A stretch of DNA of 64,000 nt from Vicugna vicugna (taxonomy: Eukaryota): contig MU058213.1 in assembly GCA_013265495.1 (NCBI GenBank), forward strand, positions 6,402,066 to 6,466,065, in the 5' to 3' direction. The notes beneath the pieces were generated by a model, which searched no databases, was not told where the DNA came from, and saw only the letters and a program-made list of their open reading frames with translations. Made by a program: the position numbers and the translations under genes. Each line of letters opens with the position of its first letter. Position 1 is the stretch's first letter. Shown one piece after another: positions 1 through 12,130 of the stretch.

Positions 1-323
<323 letters not shown>

Positions 324-2248
324 AGGGACCTGGGACACGGACCTCAAAAGTGGTTGTGCCCGTGGGGCTGGAGCTGGATACCTCCTGTAGCCAGGCTGTC
401 GCTGCATTCAGGATTGTTCCGTTCATGGCGTGCATGTGCCAAGAAATGTGTTTTCGTGAGTCTCAATGTTTACCTTGAGTCTTGAAAACACTCTTTAAAA
501 GTATTAAGTACAATTTTTACCACTTTATTCCACTTATCTAAATTCAATGGAATATCTTCCTTGCCCTGGGTTTTGAAAGGCTTTTGTCCCCTTCATTTTA
601 TGAATGAAAAGACTTGAAACAATTTTCCTTCAGTGCTTGATGCTCTAAGACTTTACTATTTTGAAAAATGTCATGGTGATTTTTTTACATTAAGAAACTA
701 ATGAGTTGTCACAGGGGCGTGTCGCTCCTCACCCTAAATTAAGAGAATGCCCTGATAGACTAGAATTCAACCTTTGAGTTGAGTCCATAGTTGGATTTTA
801 TTATTGTTGTCTGTGCATTTCTTATATTGGTTATCTTCTTGTAAATCTGTCTTTTGTAGGGGGATGGGATTTAACATTTAGGGGGAAAAAAACCCCACCG
901 TGTGTGCAGTGAAAATAGTTTAAAAGTTGATAACTGCCATGTAGATTACAAATTAAAATGGAAACTTAATACAGTTATCTAAATCACACAAGGCACAATA
1001 TCTACATCGACCACCTAGTTGTAACAGGTTTTAATATGAACAACTTTTTTCAACTATCCACAGCCTGTACAGTGACAGCCATATATTCAGTAATGGAATT
1101 GTGGTTAATAGCCTGTTTATTACACTTTCAATTCATCATAATAGGATGTGAGAATTTTTCAGGCTTTCGGAGCTCCTCTCTAAATTTTTCCAAAATTTCT
1201 ACAAAGTGCTAAGATTTATATACACTTATTATGACTGTATCCTTGTGCCTTGGTTTTACCAGTCAGTGCACTGTACCCTGTAAAAGGTTTAAACAGACAA
1301 AAGGCATGATGACACATCAGAATTATGATGTAAAAATCGGATCCTATGTATTTTTTAAATGTTCTAAGACTTTTATCACAGTTAAGGCATTAACCATTCA
1401 CTATTATTAACGGAATAGAAATTCATACTTTTGTATTGGCCAGGGACTCAGACTGATAACTGCATTTATAATAACGTCAAGAAACTGTCATTTTGAGCAA
1501 CTTCGTAGATGATGGGTGTTTTATTTTTAATCTCCACATTTGATCAGTCATTGAAGATTGGCACCAGCGCTGCGTGTTCACCTATGTACGTAAAAACTGA
1601 GAGTGAGACACACCGTTCTAGACTGTGAGGGTGCCCAGGGAAAAAGAAAACAGGAATACTTTGAAAATTTTAAAAACATTTTTTTTTTGTCTGCCAAGGA
1701 CTCAGGAAAATTAAGGCATTTTTTATTTCAGGATAAATTGTACATGAAATCCCTGACTGGCTGTTACTGTTTACCCATGTGAATTGTGCTGCTGAAGTAC
1801 ATAAGCGTTTACCCTCACTGGCTTGACAAAAAAAAATGTTTTTTAATTTGGACCTGAGAAGTCATATAAGGAACACGTCACCCAACACATATTTCCTTAT
1901 TTTGTCACGAATCTTTGCATCTTTATATAGGAAGACTGTTCCCACTTAATGAAAAAACAAAGAGGTGAATGTTCTTTAGCAATCAGAAAGTGAGTTTCTT
2001 TTCGTGATAGAGGAACCGTGTTTAGCACAGTTCTCCACGTTTAAGCACAAACCACAGCCCAGAGACTCACGGCCCCTCCAGCGTCTCTCTCTTCTGGGGC
2101 CTCCAAGGAGGAAGAGTCGGCACCTGTCACACCTGGGAGGAGGACACCGGCTGGACTCGGGTCCAGGGTGACAGGAGTGGGTCATGCTCAGCTGCCTGCT
2201 GAACCGCTGAGACGCTTCCGATGCTGCCAACCCCACGTCGGAGCTCTG

Positions 2249-2440
2249 GTGGGTCTTCCACCCTGGCTGCAAGTTGGAATCTCCCGGGAAGTGCAAAAAG
2301 CTGCCGCCGCCCGGGCTACCCCCTGGTCCAGCGAAGTTGGAACCTCCAGGAGGGGACGTCTGAACCTCCAGGAGGGGACGCAGGCGGCAGCATGTGTCAG
2401 AGGCGCCACCCCCCAGGGTGACTCACGTGTTGTGAGCCCC
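2249..2440. mobile_element. MER5-family (hAT-Charlie) relic inside the 3'UTR
   Basis: ccctggctgcaagttggaatctcccgggaagtgcaaaaa...ccccagggtgactcacgtgt resembles the recalled MER5 consensus (ccctggctgcacattggaatcacctgggga...ccccaggtgattctaatgtg). Confidence 0.55.
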
Positions 2441-2518
2441 CCAGTCGACAGCGTACTCTTATCACCAAAGTTGAAATGAGAATCAGCTTCCCTGTTCTTT
2501 CCTTTACCAGAAATTTGC

Positions 2519-2533
2519 AATAAAAAGAATAAA
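2519..2533 (+). terminator. Tandem polyadenylation signals AATAAA (2519-2524, 2528-2533)
   Basis: Two canonical hexamers followed by GT/T-rich downstream sequence (tgtggtagatgattttt). No genomic poly(A) run follows. Confidence 0.75.
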
Positions 2534-2809
2534 ACTGCCAAAACACTGTGGTAGATGATTTTTAAATTTGAGTCATTCAGTGTGAAGCGAAAATTTAGTT
2601 CCTCTTACCTTTCCGTGGAAACCCTTTGGTGGTTGCACTCAAGTGCTCTGCGTCCAGGCAGACCTGCTGGCAGCTGGAGAGTCACGGGGAGCTGCTCCGT
2701 CCGGCAGTCTCCGGGGCTACGGGCACCTTCTCGCCTCTGGAATAACAGCAGCTGGCAGCCTCTAGTGTGCTCTGCGTGCCCATGCTGGACCTAGGTGTGT
2801 GTGAACTCC

Positions 2810-2960
2810 ATTCATGATAACGGGGTAGGTACTATACATTTGCCCATTTTACAGATGAGAAAACTGAGTCATGTAAAGGTTAAGCAACTTGCCGCAAATC
2901 CTGCAGCTTGCAAGTGGCAGCCACGATTCAAACTGCACACCCTACTTCTGCAGTCTGGCC
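2810..2960 (-). mobile_element. MIR SINE
   Basis: cccattttacagatgagaaaactgag...aggttaagcaacttgcc MIR core. Confidence 0.75.
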
Positions 2961-3449
2961 ACCTAACCAGTACACCCTACCTCTAAAGACACATCCTTGC
3001 CTCCCACATAACTCGGGCTTCCCAGGCCACCGACTCCAGGCCCATCTCTGTGTGAACTTGCGGTCTGGACATCTGAGTTCTTTTGCATTTTAAATGCCCT
3101 GTTTCCAAATACCTAAGAGAGGCAGTCTTATTAGCTTTGCTTGGGTCAGATGTCTTCCTCTGGTTGTATCAGCAGAGCTGCGGTCAGCTGGTGCCACAGA
3201 ACTGGAAGGTGACAGGCGTTTCATCGTGTGTGCTTGGGTGTCCTAGGTAGTGGACTGTGGCTCTGCGCACTGGGAGAGGGGCTGTGCTGGGTGAGTACAA
3301 AGCAGAATAGGAAAGACACCTCCTTCTAAACTGTGGTCATCACACTGGGCTTTCAGCCTGAAAAAAACCCCCCAAAACCTACAAACCACTCAGGACATCC
3401 TAGAAATTCAACCAAAACTATGTAGAGTTTTTCTGTCCCTGCTCTCTTA

Positions 3450-3530
3450 TACCTGTGTGACCTTGAGCAGCTCTCTTAACCTCTTGGAGTCTCAGTTTTC
3501 TCATCTGCAGAATGGAGATGATAATTTAAA
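3450..3530 (+). mobile_element. MIR SINE
   Basis: ctgtgtgaccttgagcag...ctcagttttctcatctgcagaatggagatgataat MIR core. Confidence 0.75.
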
Positions 3531-4104
3531 AGAGGGAGCTAGTCTGTCATTTTCAAAATGCCGAAGTAGTTAATGCAATATTGGGTATCGAGTGGTGAAA
3601 AGTGGGGCTTGGGAGGGGAAAGATTGGTGGTGAGACATAGAAAGTATACAGGGGTCCATGTTTTGATCCAGAGTGTCCCATGTATCTGCTGGGACTGTGT
3701 ATGGGAGGTGATTAACCTCCAAAGAAAGTGATGTCCCAGCCTGAGGCAGGGAAGTAAGCAGTGGAGCCTGGATGAAGGAATAAGTAGACAGGACCAGCAT
3801 GGGGACAGCCCCCAGTGTGGGGAAGGACCGGGCACACCCTCACGCTAGTTAGTCTCATCACTGGAGCAGGTGTGGCTTCCCCTGGAGAGCAGGTCAGAGC
3901 TGGGGGAAGGATGAGCTCCACATTAGGAGGGGGTAAAGGTTGACCTGGAGGCTGGGGGTGCAGAGCTCAGAGTTTAAGTTTGGACATGAGATCCAGAACA
4001 GGCCCCAGTGGCTGGCTGGCATTTGAGGCTTGTTTGTACAGACTGAAGAGTCAGTGTGTGGCTGGGCTGGACTGAGGAAAGATGTGCGTTCTATGCAGGC
4101 AATC

Positions 4105-4240
4105 AGTTCAAATTCAGTTGCTCAGTTGCACTGGCCATATTTCGAACGCTCAGTAGTCACATGTGGTTTGTGATAGTATTGTCCTGTACTGATGTGGAAC
4201 ATCTCTATTGTCACAGAAAGTTCTATTGGACAGTTGTGGT
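4105..4240 (-). mobile_element. MER3/MER33-like hAT-Charlie relic
   Basis: aaattcagttgctcagttgcactggccatattt...cagaaagttctattggacag matches the reverse complement of the recalled MER3 consensus. Confidence 0.65.
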
Positions 4241-4654
4241 GTAGAGCAGTAATTTCCTCACCTTTTCAACTGGCAGCTCTGTCCACAACTCTTTACCCTC
4301 ATCTGTCAGCCTGGAATGAGCTTTGGAGCTGGGACTTCCCTCCAGCCTCATCCCTACCATGTTATGTCAATTGTCCCAAATAGAGATGGTTTCCCAGGTT
4401 CTTGTGAGGTTTTGTCTCCTCTGCCAGTTCTGATCAGCAGATATTCCTGCCTGGAGCACTGTGTTGAGAAGGATCTGGAGGCTGATGCCAGACTCAGGGG
4501 GAAAAGCCAACACATGTCAGCCAAGGGGCGGGGGCAGCTGCCCGTGTGCTGTGCCCCCGCCAGGTTCTCACCAGGACACCCCATGTGTGGAGGATCCCCC
4601 GCAGGGGTGCGGGCCAGGGGACTCGAGTGATTCTGATGTCCCTTAGAGAGACGG

Positions 4655-5060
4655 ACTGGCAGGACTGGGATGAAGGGGAGGCAAGGTGGAAAATTTAAAA
4701 GGTACACCCAAAACTCTCATTAAGATAAATAATACGTTAATGCAGTATTTTTAAAGATCAAAATTAATGCCAAAAAATGCACAATGAACAAAGTATCAAA
4801 CCTTTTTACAGATCTGACCATGCTGTGTGCAGCTACTTTGGAACTGAGGCAAAAAGAAAAATGTGTGCCCCACATACAAGTTTTCTGTAATTTTGTTTAA
4901 ATTTTTGATGCTTCATGCATCATCAGGGTTTGTTTTTTTGGTTAATTTGGATTTTTAGAAATATTTCATGGAAATATTTGTCTTGATGGTTGATGGTTTT
5001 GGCTGCTCTTCTCTTTATATTTGGCACTTGTGGTGAGGTCCTCACTCACCTCCCCCTAAT
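4655..5060 (+). mobile_element. MER96B-like hAT relic
   Basis: aagataaataatacgttaatgcagtatttttaaagatcaaaattaatgc...atgaacaaagtatcaaa resembles recalled MER96B. Confidence 0.55.
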
Positions 5061-5445
5061 TGTAGAAATGTCTAGAAATTTGGAGCTAAATTAAGGTCTC
5101 AGTTATTGTTATAAGCTTATCTCAGGCGTGTCAGATCGCTTTAGGTGGTTTCTGGTCTGTTTTTATCCCTAACTGCTGTGTTTTGTTTAATTTGCAAACT
5201 TGTGACTCAGTTCTTCTTGGAGCTAGGTTGGGGACACCAAGAATTCAAAGATCTGACTCCTCTTTGAGACACGGAGGAGGAGGAGTGGCAGGGGAGCAGG
5301 ATGGAAGGGAGTGAAGATGTTTGCACGCTCTCATCACCTGCTGTCATCACGGGAGAGCGCCCCCGCACCAAGTGGCCCGCCCTTGGAGATTCACTGTCCT
5401 TTGTTGTCCCGACATCGAGGGAATAGAAACTTAAAGGGAATCTGC

Positions 5446-5770
5446 TTTTTTTTTTTAAATTGAGGTATAGTTGATTTACAATAATAGATTAGTTTCAGGT
5501 GTACAACATAGTGATTCACAATTTTTAAAGATTTTACTCCATTTATAGTTATTATAAAATACCAGCTAGATTTCCCCATGCTGTACACGGTATCCTTGTA
5601 GCTTATTTATTTTATACATAGGAGTTTATACCTCTTAAAGCCCCATCCCTACCTTGCCCACCCTTCCATCTCCCCACTGGGGTACCTACTACTTTGTTCT
5701 CTGTATCTGTGAGTCTGTTTCTTTCTCGTTACATGCACAAGTTTGTTTCATTTTTTTAGACTCCACATAG
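5446..5770 (-). mobile_element. L1 3' end, 5'-truncated
   Basis: Poly(T) followed by the antisense L1 3'UTR (aattgaggtatagttgatttacaat...ggtgtacaacatagtgattc). Degenerate TSD agggaatctg/agggagtatg. Confidence 0.85.
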
Positions 5771-6261
5771 AGGGAGTATGTTCCAGGAGGCAGAACCTAG
5801 AACCAAGGAATACCCCTCTGTGGAAGACCCCTCAGAGATCGCTGAGCTCAACTTTCATTTTCTGCAACAGGAAACCGAGTACCAGACAAGTTGGAAGTGG
5901 GCTTTGCGGATGCGCCCGCCCAATAGTGTGACAGACAAGCAGTCACTGTAACGGTGACTCTGCACCGGCTGGGACGTGGCAGCCAAGAATACAGACCCAA
6001 ATGTCTGCCTTCATCAGATTTTAGGTCTAGCGTGAGGTGGGGATGGGGAGAGAAAGTCAACAAGCAAATAAATCCAGAGCCTGTCAGTTGATGGTAAGTG
6101 CTTTGGGGGAAGATAAAGCAGGCGCTGAGGGTAGGGAGTGCCAGGAAGGGAGATGCGGTTCAGAGGATGCCCAGGGGAGACCTTGCTGAGAAGCAAAGTC
6201 TTGATAGAGATAAGGGGGGAGCTGACATCTCTGGGGGAAGAAGTTACCATCTTCTTTACTT

Positions 6262-6505
6262 ATTTTTTTGTGGGGAGAGATAATTATGTTTGTTTATTTA
6301 TTTATTTATTTATTTGGATTAGAGTGTTTTTGTTTGTTTATTTTTTCATTTTTGATTAGAGGGGTTTTTTTCCCTTTTTCAGTTTTATTAGGTAGAATTA
6401 TTACAGTTCGATTTATTTTTACTTTTAAATGGAGTTACTGGGGATTGAACCCAGGACCTTGTGCGTGCTAAGCACACGCTCTTCCACTGAGCTATACCCA
6501 CTCTC
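6262..6505 (-). mobile_element. vic-1-type camelid tRNA-derived SINE with long compound tail
   Basis: Antisense head ggggattgaacccaggaccttgtgcgtgctaagcacacgctcttccactgagctatac containing A/B boxes, plus a (TTTA)n tail. Confidence 0.85.
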
Positions 6506-6929
6506 ATGACATCTTATTTTTATGAAATATTGCTATTTACAATTTAGGCATCCCATGTCTATCTAGCTGCTAATGTGTTGTCCTTCTGGCTACACAGTAG
6601 CTTTTCCCCCCTGCTTTTATGATCTCTGGATGCCTTACTGACCCCTACTGGCTTCTCCGTTTCCATATACTGGATGACCAGTTCTCTCTAGTAAATTCCC
6701 TGTTTGAAATACCTAGGGAGGCGTCTGGGTGAATGGAGGGTAAACTGTACCTGGGATTGTCACGTAGCTCCTCCGCATCACACATAGGCTTTTCCTCCCG
6801 TGCCGCGTGGCTCTTTGTGATGGAAGAAATATTCACATATTGAGGTGCGGGGAGGTCATTCTGGCTCATCCATGATCTGGCTTGAATTTGTGTTAATGAG
6901 AATGGCCTGTCTTTTTGGCTGCTTTAACT

Positions 6930-7298
6930 GTGAAGAAAAGAATGCATTATCCAGAAGTAAAGGACGTCCCACTGTGAGGACAAGGATGAACGCACACCCA
7001 TCCACCCAAGGTGCCCAGGCTCGTGCTCCTTCGAAGCTAAGATTCCCTTCCCAGACGCCAAAGTCACGCTGACCGGCTGTGTACATGCAAATCCTTCTCT
7101 TCTGAACCCCTGAGGGAATGTACCCTGCCATATGTGATGTTCTTTGTTCTGACAAGATACCAAACTGTGCTCGTAACCACGCTTCTCCCCACTTTCTTCC
7201 TTGGTGGAGACTACACTCCCAGGCTTTAATCCTCAGTTTGGCTGAATAAAACTTTTCTCTTCCTATTATAGATTGTTGATTGATCATTCGCATTGATA
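6930..7298 (+). mobile_element. Probable ERV LTR (3' part; 5' boundary uncertain)
   Basis: LTR-like R/U5 composition with AATAAA near 7245 followed by a T-rich U5. Confidence 0.4.
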
Positions 7299-8355
7299 TT
7301 TGGAACTTGCTGGCTTGTGCTTGCTCATGAGCCAACACCATCTCTACGGGCTAATGCTGTTTTGAGCGTGCCCCACATCGTGCTAGACACCGATCCCTGT
7401 ATCTGCCTAGACGTCCCGGACAGAGCAGTCCCTCTGTCCCTGTCCCGGCTGCTGATGGTCTATCAGCACCGCCCCGGTCCTCAGCCGGGCACGCCAGAAT
7501 CCGGCCAGGAACTCCCGTGTCCACTAGCTGCAGTGCCGCCGCCCAGACTGTGTCCGACAGGACCACACGCTGAGTTTCTTAAGACCTCAGCCTTCTCCAC
7601 ACTCCCCACAATGTTCTTGGCTTCCTCACACCCATCTGGGTGTTTCGACCAGTTTTCCACCTCTGGCTTTCATCCCAAGAAGGAGAAAAGAGAGGACGTG
7701 TTTGTTAGCTTTCCCCTCTCCTCCTCAGGCTCCACTGGGGTGACAGACAGGGCAGGGCTTTCTGTCCCTGCTTCTGTCTGGAACCGCCTTCATTCCGCCC
7801 GCTTAAGCCCCTGGCAGCAGAGGGGGTGCTCTCTCCATGTGCACCACGGAGGCAGGTTGGGTTTATGACCTGCCTAAAGTCCATGGCCCCTGCTCCTCCT
7901 TGGAGACAAAGAAATTCAGAAAAGTCTTTCTCTCGTGACAAAGCCTGGCTTTTGAGATTTGTCTCTCTCTGTGTTCAGGCTGTCTACTGTGGGTTTCAAA
8001 ACTGAATGTGGACTGCCTTCTCTTGGCATTCCTGGTGTCACCAGCCTAAACTCCCTCTCCAGCAAATGGACACTTCAGAACAGGGGGCAGGGGGAGGGCA
8101 AGAACATGCAAATGACACATTAATTAGTAAATTAGCTTATTTCAAAATATCCAGTATATCCTATCCCTAGACTGTGATCTCCTTGAAGGCATGGTCACAT
8201 GTCCCCAGCTATCTCAAAGTGTCTACGTCGAGTCAGATGCTAACCAAGAAAAGACTCGTGGAATAACTCAAGTTTCAGGTTTCATTCTGTTGTCTCAGGT
8301 TATCACAACTCCTGTAGTGCAGCTTCCTGGCCCATACTAGTTAGAAACACGAGTT

Positions 8356-8854
8356 AAGTTCCAGATGGACTATCATTTTCTAGGTAGACCATGAAGAATT
8401 TCAGGAGGGACTAGGGAGAGTCACTGATGGAGACAGCGTAGGTCGCATTGCAAGTGTCTCCTTTAGTTCACTTCATTATGCATGTTACAACCACTAAGGA
8501 GAGGGTATGATTCAGTGGCAGAGTGCATGCTTAGCATGCACGAGGTCCTGGGTTCAATTCCCCGTACCTCCATTAAATAAATAAATAATAAAATAAAACA
8601 AAGATAAACGTTACAACAATGTGCTTTTGTCAAATATGGCTTCTCTTTTTCAGTAACTGAATTGTCCAAACAGAATATTATTTAGAAATAATAAATTAAA
8701 AGCAATACTTTGTAATAAGTTCAGTGAAGTACCTCTGTGCCCTCCAAAGCCAAAAGGCGTATATACATCATATTAACATCCATAAATCTTGGATTTTCAT
8801 TATTATGAAATAAAAGAGCACAGCTATCTAAAAAAAAAAGTTCCAGATGGGCTA
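8356..8854 (+). pseudogene. 5'-truncated processed retrocopy of an unidentified mRNA 3' end, coordinates including TSDs
   Basis: AATAAA 8809-8814, A-run 8830-8839, flanking direct repeats aagttccagatgg(a/g)cta at 8356-8372 and 8838-8854. Confidence 0.75.
8498..8605 (+). mobile_element. vic-1-type SINE nested in the retrocopy
   Basis: ggagagggtatgattcagtggcagagtgcatgcttagcatgcacgaggtcctgggttcaattcccc plus an (AAAT)n tail. Flanking gttacaac repeat. Confidence 0.85.
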
Positions 8855-9449
8855 AGGTCTTTGATCAATAAAAAGTAAAATCAATTCACTGTTTAATTAA
8901 TGGACTTTTTAAAAAACTAATCTTTCTAACAGGTCTGTATTTGGGGGTAAAATTCCAAAAGGAAGGTAAAATTTTGGAGACCACTGCATTAGTCACTTCG
9001 TGAGCACTTACTCTATGCGAAGTGACTTTTTGTACATTATCTCATTTATCTGTTATTTGCGAAATGTGAAAAATAAAATTTATTGTAGACCTCTCTTAAA
9101 CAGGTATTCTGAAAACCAGATGGTATAGATTTCTCTGACTTTACAAGACTCAAGAAGAAATCATTTCAGCTTAATCTCATTTGGGCTTTTTCCATATTAT
9201 AGAAATTGTAGCGCTATAAAGTCTATCACTAGATGGCACAATAAGGTAGATTTTTAAGAAGCAGTGAAGAAAAAGCTACGCCCTGCCACCACCACCCCAA
9301 CTTTCAAATCTCTTAAATAATGATGACCTGATACATGGATAGGACTTTGTAATTTACAAAACATTTTTACCTAAAATATTTAGCCCTCATAACACCCCTG
9401 TGTTACTATTATTATTCTCATTCTTAGATACAGAAAACGAAGTTACTAA

Positions 9450-10423
9450 TTTTATTTTTGTGTGTGTAAGATCTTTTTTTAATTGAAGTATTATTGATTT
9501 ACAATGTTGTGTTAGTTTCTGGTGTACAGCATAGTGATTCAGTTATACATTTATACATATATTCTTTTTCATTATAGGTTATTACAAGATACTGAACATA
9601 GTTCCCTATGCTGTACAGTAGGACCTTGTTGTTTATCTATTTTGTATATAGTAGTATGTATCTGTTAATCCCAAATTCCTAATTTATCCCTCCACACCTT
9701 TCCCCAATGTTAACCACAAGTTTGTTTTCTATGTCTGTGAGTCTGTTTCTGTTTTGTAAATAAGTTCATTTGTGTCATTTTTTTTAGATTCCACATATAA
9801 GCAATATTATATGGTATTTATTTTCCTCTTTCTGACTTACTTCACTTAGTATTGACAATCTCCAGGTCCATCCACTTTGCTGCAAATGGTGTTATTTCAT
9901 TCTTTTTTTATGGCTAAGTAGTATTCCAGTGTGTGTATGTATGTGTCTGTGTGTGTGTGTATATACATATATATATATATATATATGGATATATACACCA
10001 CATCTTCTTTATCCAATCAACTGTTGATGGACATTTAGGTTGCTTCCATGTCTTGGCTATTGTAGATTGTACTTCTGTGAACATTGGAGTGCATGTATCT
10101 TCTTGAGTTAGTTTTCTCCAGATATATGTCAGGAGTGGGACTGCTGAATCATACGGTAAATCTACTTTTCAGTTTTTTAAGGAATCTGCATACTGCCTTC
10201 CACAATGGCTGCACTAAATTACATTCCCACTCGCAGTGTACGAGGGTTCCCCTTTCTCCACACCCTCTCCAGCATTTATCATTTGTGGCCTTTTTAATGA
10301 TGGCCACTCTGACCAGTGTGAGGTAAATAACTCATTGTAGTTTTGATTTGCATTTCTCTGATAATTAGCGATAATGAGCATCTTTTCATGTGCCTGTTGG
10401 CCATCTGGGTGTCTTCACTGGAG
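9450..10423 (-). mobile_element. L1 3' fragment with 14-bp TSD
   Basis: Antisense L1 3'UTR and ORF2 end. TSD aacgaagttactaa at 9436-9449 and 10424-10437. Confidence 0.9.
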
Positions 10424-10503
10424 AACGAAGTTACTAAACTTACTTGAACACTAAACACTTTAAAATTGTCTATGTGACAGACACCTTAAAATTGCATGTC
10501 TCA

Positions 10504-10625
10504 GGGGGAGGGCATAGCTCAAGTGGTAGATTACATGCTTAGTATGCAGGAAGTCCAGGGTTCAATTCCTGGTACCTCCTCTAAAAATAAATAAACCTAA
10601 TTACCTCCCCCTCCAAAAAAACCAA
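10504..10625 (+). mobile_element. vic-1-type SINE (tail split by an LTR; remainder at 11153-11164)
   Basis: gggggagggcatagctcaagtggtag...gggttcaattcc. TSD taaaattgcat(g/a)tct at 10487-10501 and 11165-11179. Confidence 0.85.
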
Positions 10626-11152
10626 TGTAATAGAGGAGAACACATCTGAATCTATATCGGATCTGTCCCTTTAGTTTTAACCACTGTGCCCCGTTTTCTA
10701 GGCTTAGTCTTGCTAGCTCTGCACCTTTTATAAAACAATGTTGCCTCTAGCCTGAAATATACAGGAGACCTTATTCTTGGGGCTCTGACCTTTATGGATG
10801 TTAGCTCTTCTGCACTTATGTAGAGATGGCAAGTTGCAAAACAGAAAATAACCTTTGTTTTGTTGGAGGTTTACAGGGACACCATGGCCTTACCCACATG
10901 GAGGGCTGCAAGAACAAAGAATTCCTATAGCAAGAAGTTTGCAACAACCAACTATGCCCCCCCCCCACCATTTTTTGGTATAAAAGGAGCCTGTACTCTG
11001 ACTGGAGCAAGATGGTTCTCCAAGACATTAGTCTGCCATCTTCTTGGTCTGCCAGCTTTCTGAATAAAGTCGCTGTTCCTTGCCCCAACACCTCATCTCC
11101 CAATTTATTGGCCTGTAGTGCAGTGAGCAGAACGAGTTTGGACTTGGTAACA
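10626..11152 (+). mobile_element. ERV solo LTR
   Basis: TG...CA termini (tgtaatag...tggtaaca), TATAAAA 10979-10985, AATAAA 11063-11068. Confidence 0.85.
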
Positions 11153-12130
11153 AAAATAAATAAATAAAATTGCATATCTTATTTAATTTGGACAACAACC
11201 TAATGAAAGAAATTACCGTTTCCATTTTACAAATAGGGAAACTAAATCTCAAGAAAGTTTGGTCAAGGTCATTCGGCTGGTAAAGCAAGCCTGGGCACCC
11301 ACATTCTTTGATGCCAGGCCTAATGTATTTCCCACTGCAACTATGCTCCATCCCCCAAGCTTCTGGGGAGAAAGTCCTGTGTCCAAGCCTGCCTTTGCAG
11401 ATTCACTTAGGTCTGCATCTCACAGACCTTTAAAGCTGCAGAGGGGGAGGAAGGAGAATGAGAAAAGAGAAGTTACCACTTTAGTATCAGTGTGTTAAAC
11501 TCATTAATTTCAGCCTGAAAAAAAAAATCCCTCTTCTCTTTCCTCTCTCCTTCTGTCACCTTTCTCAGGTGATTTTGTGACACCTCCTTTTAGTAGTTCT
11601 CTACTATCTGTGGTAGGCGGTTGTAGGTAGCCTCATGGGAGTTCATTATTCTCAGACTGAAAAACACATGTTGGTGGTAAGAAGTTCTTCCTTTACATGG
11701 TGATCCCTGCCCCTTGCTGCCCTGAATCCCTCTCAAATTATAAATTTATTTTAATGCCTAGAAAAGAGACCAGTAGCTAAGAGGTAATTAATAAGTATTG
11801 TTGAATAAATGATTATCACTGAACATGTATTGAAGTATAGGAGTCGATGGTGTTTCTATCTGAAGCATCAGCAAATCAGCAAACAACACTAATGTATATG
11901 GAACACTCATTACCATAAAACTTACACTTAGGAGTTCTGTGACTGTGCCACCTTCTGGAATTCTAGAAATGTCGCTTTTGGTGACTTCTTTGCCCACAAC
12001 TCTTTAAATGAAATGGTCCTGCACACAATCTGTTGCCCACAGGGCTTACACCCCGGATCACAGCTGATTGGACCAAGGTGGACACCCTACTGAAGACAGA
12101 CAATCACAGGTGAGCTAGTGATCTCTGATA

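Larger units (their letters stand above)
324..2550 (+). other. FAM81A: FAM81A 3'UTR (~2.2 kb)
   Basis: Mostly AT-rich unique sequence following the stop codon, ending at tandem AATAAA signals. The exact cleavage site is estimated. Confidence 0.75.

Noticed and set aside
7293..7868. 191-aa ORF
   Set aside because: Non-ATG start, Pro/Ser-rich, no recognisable domain or splice context; consistent with a chance ORF in GC-rich DNA.
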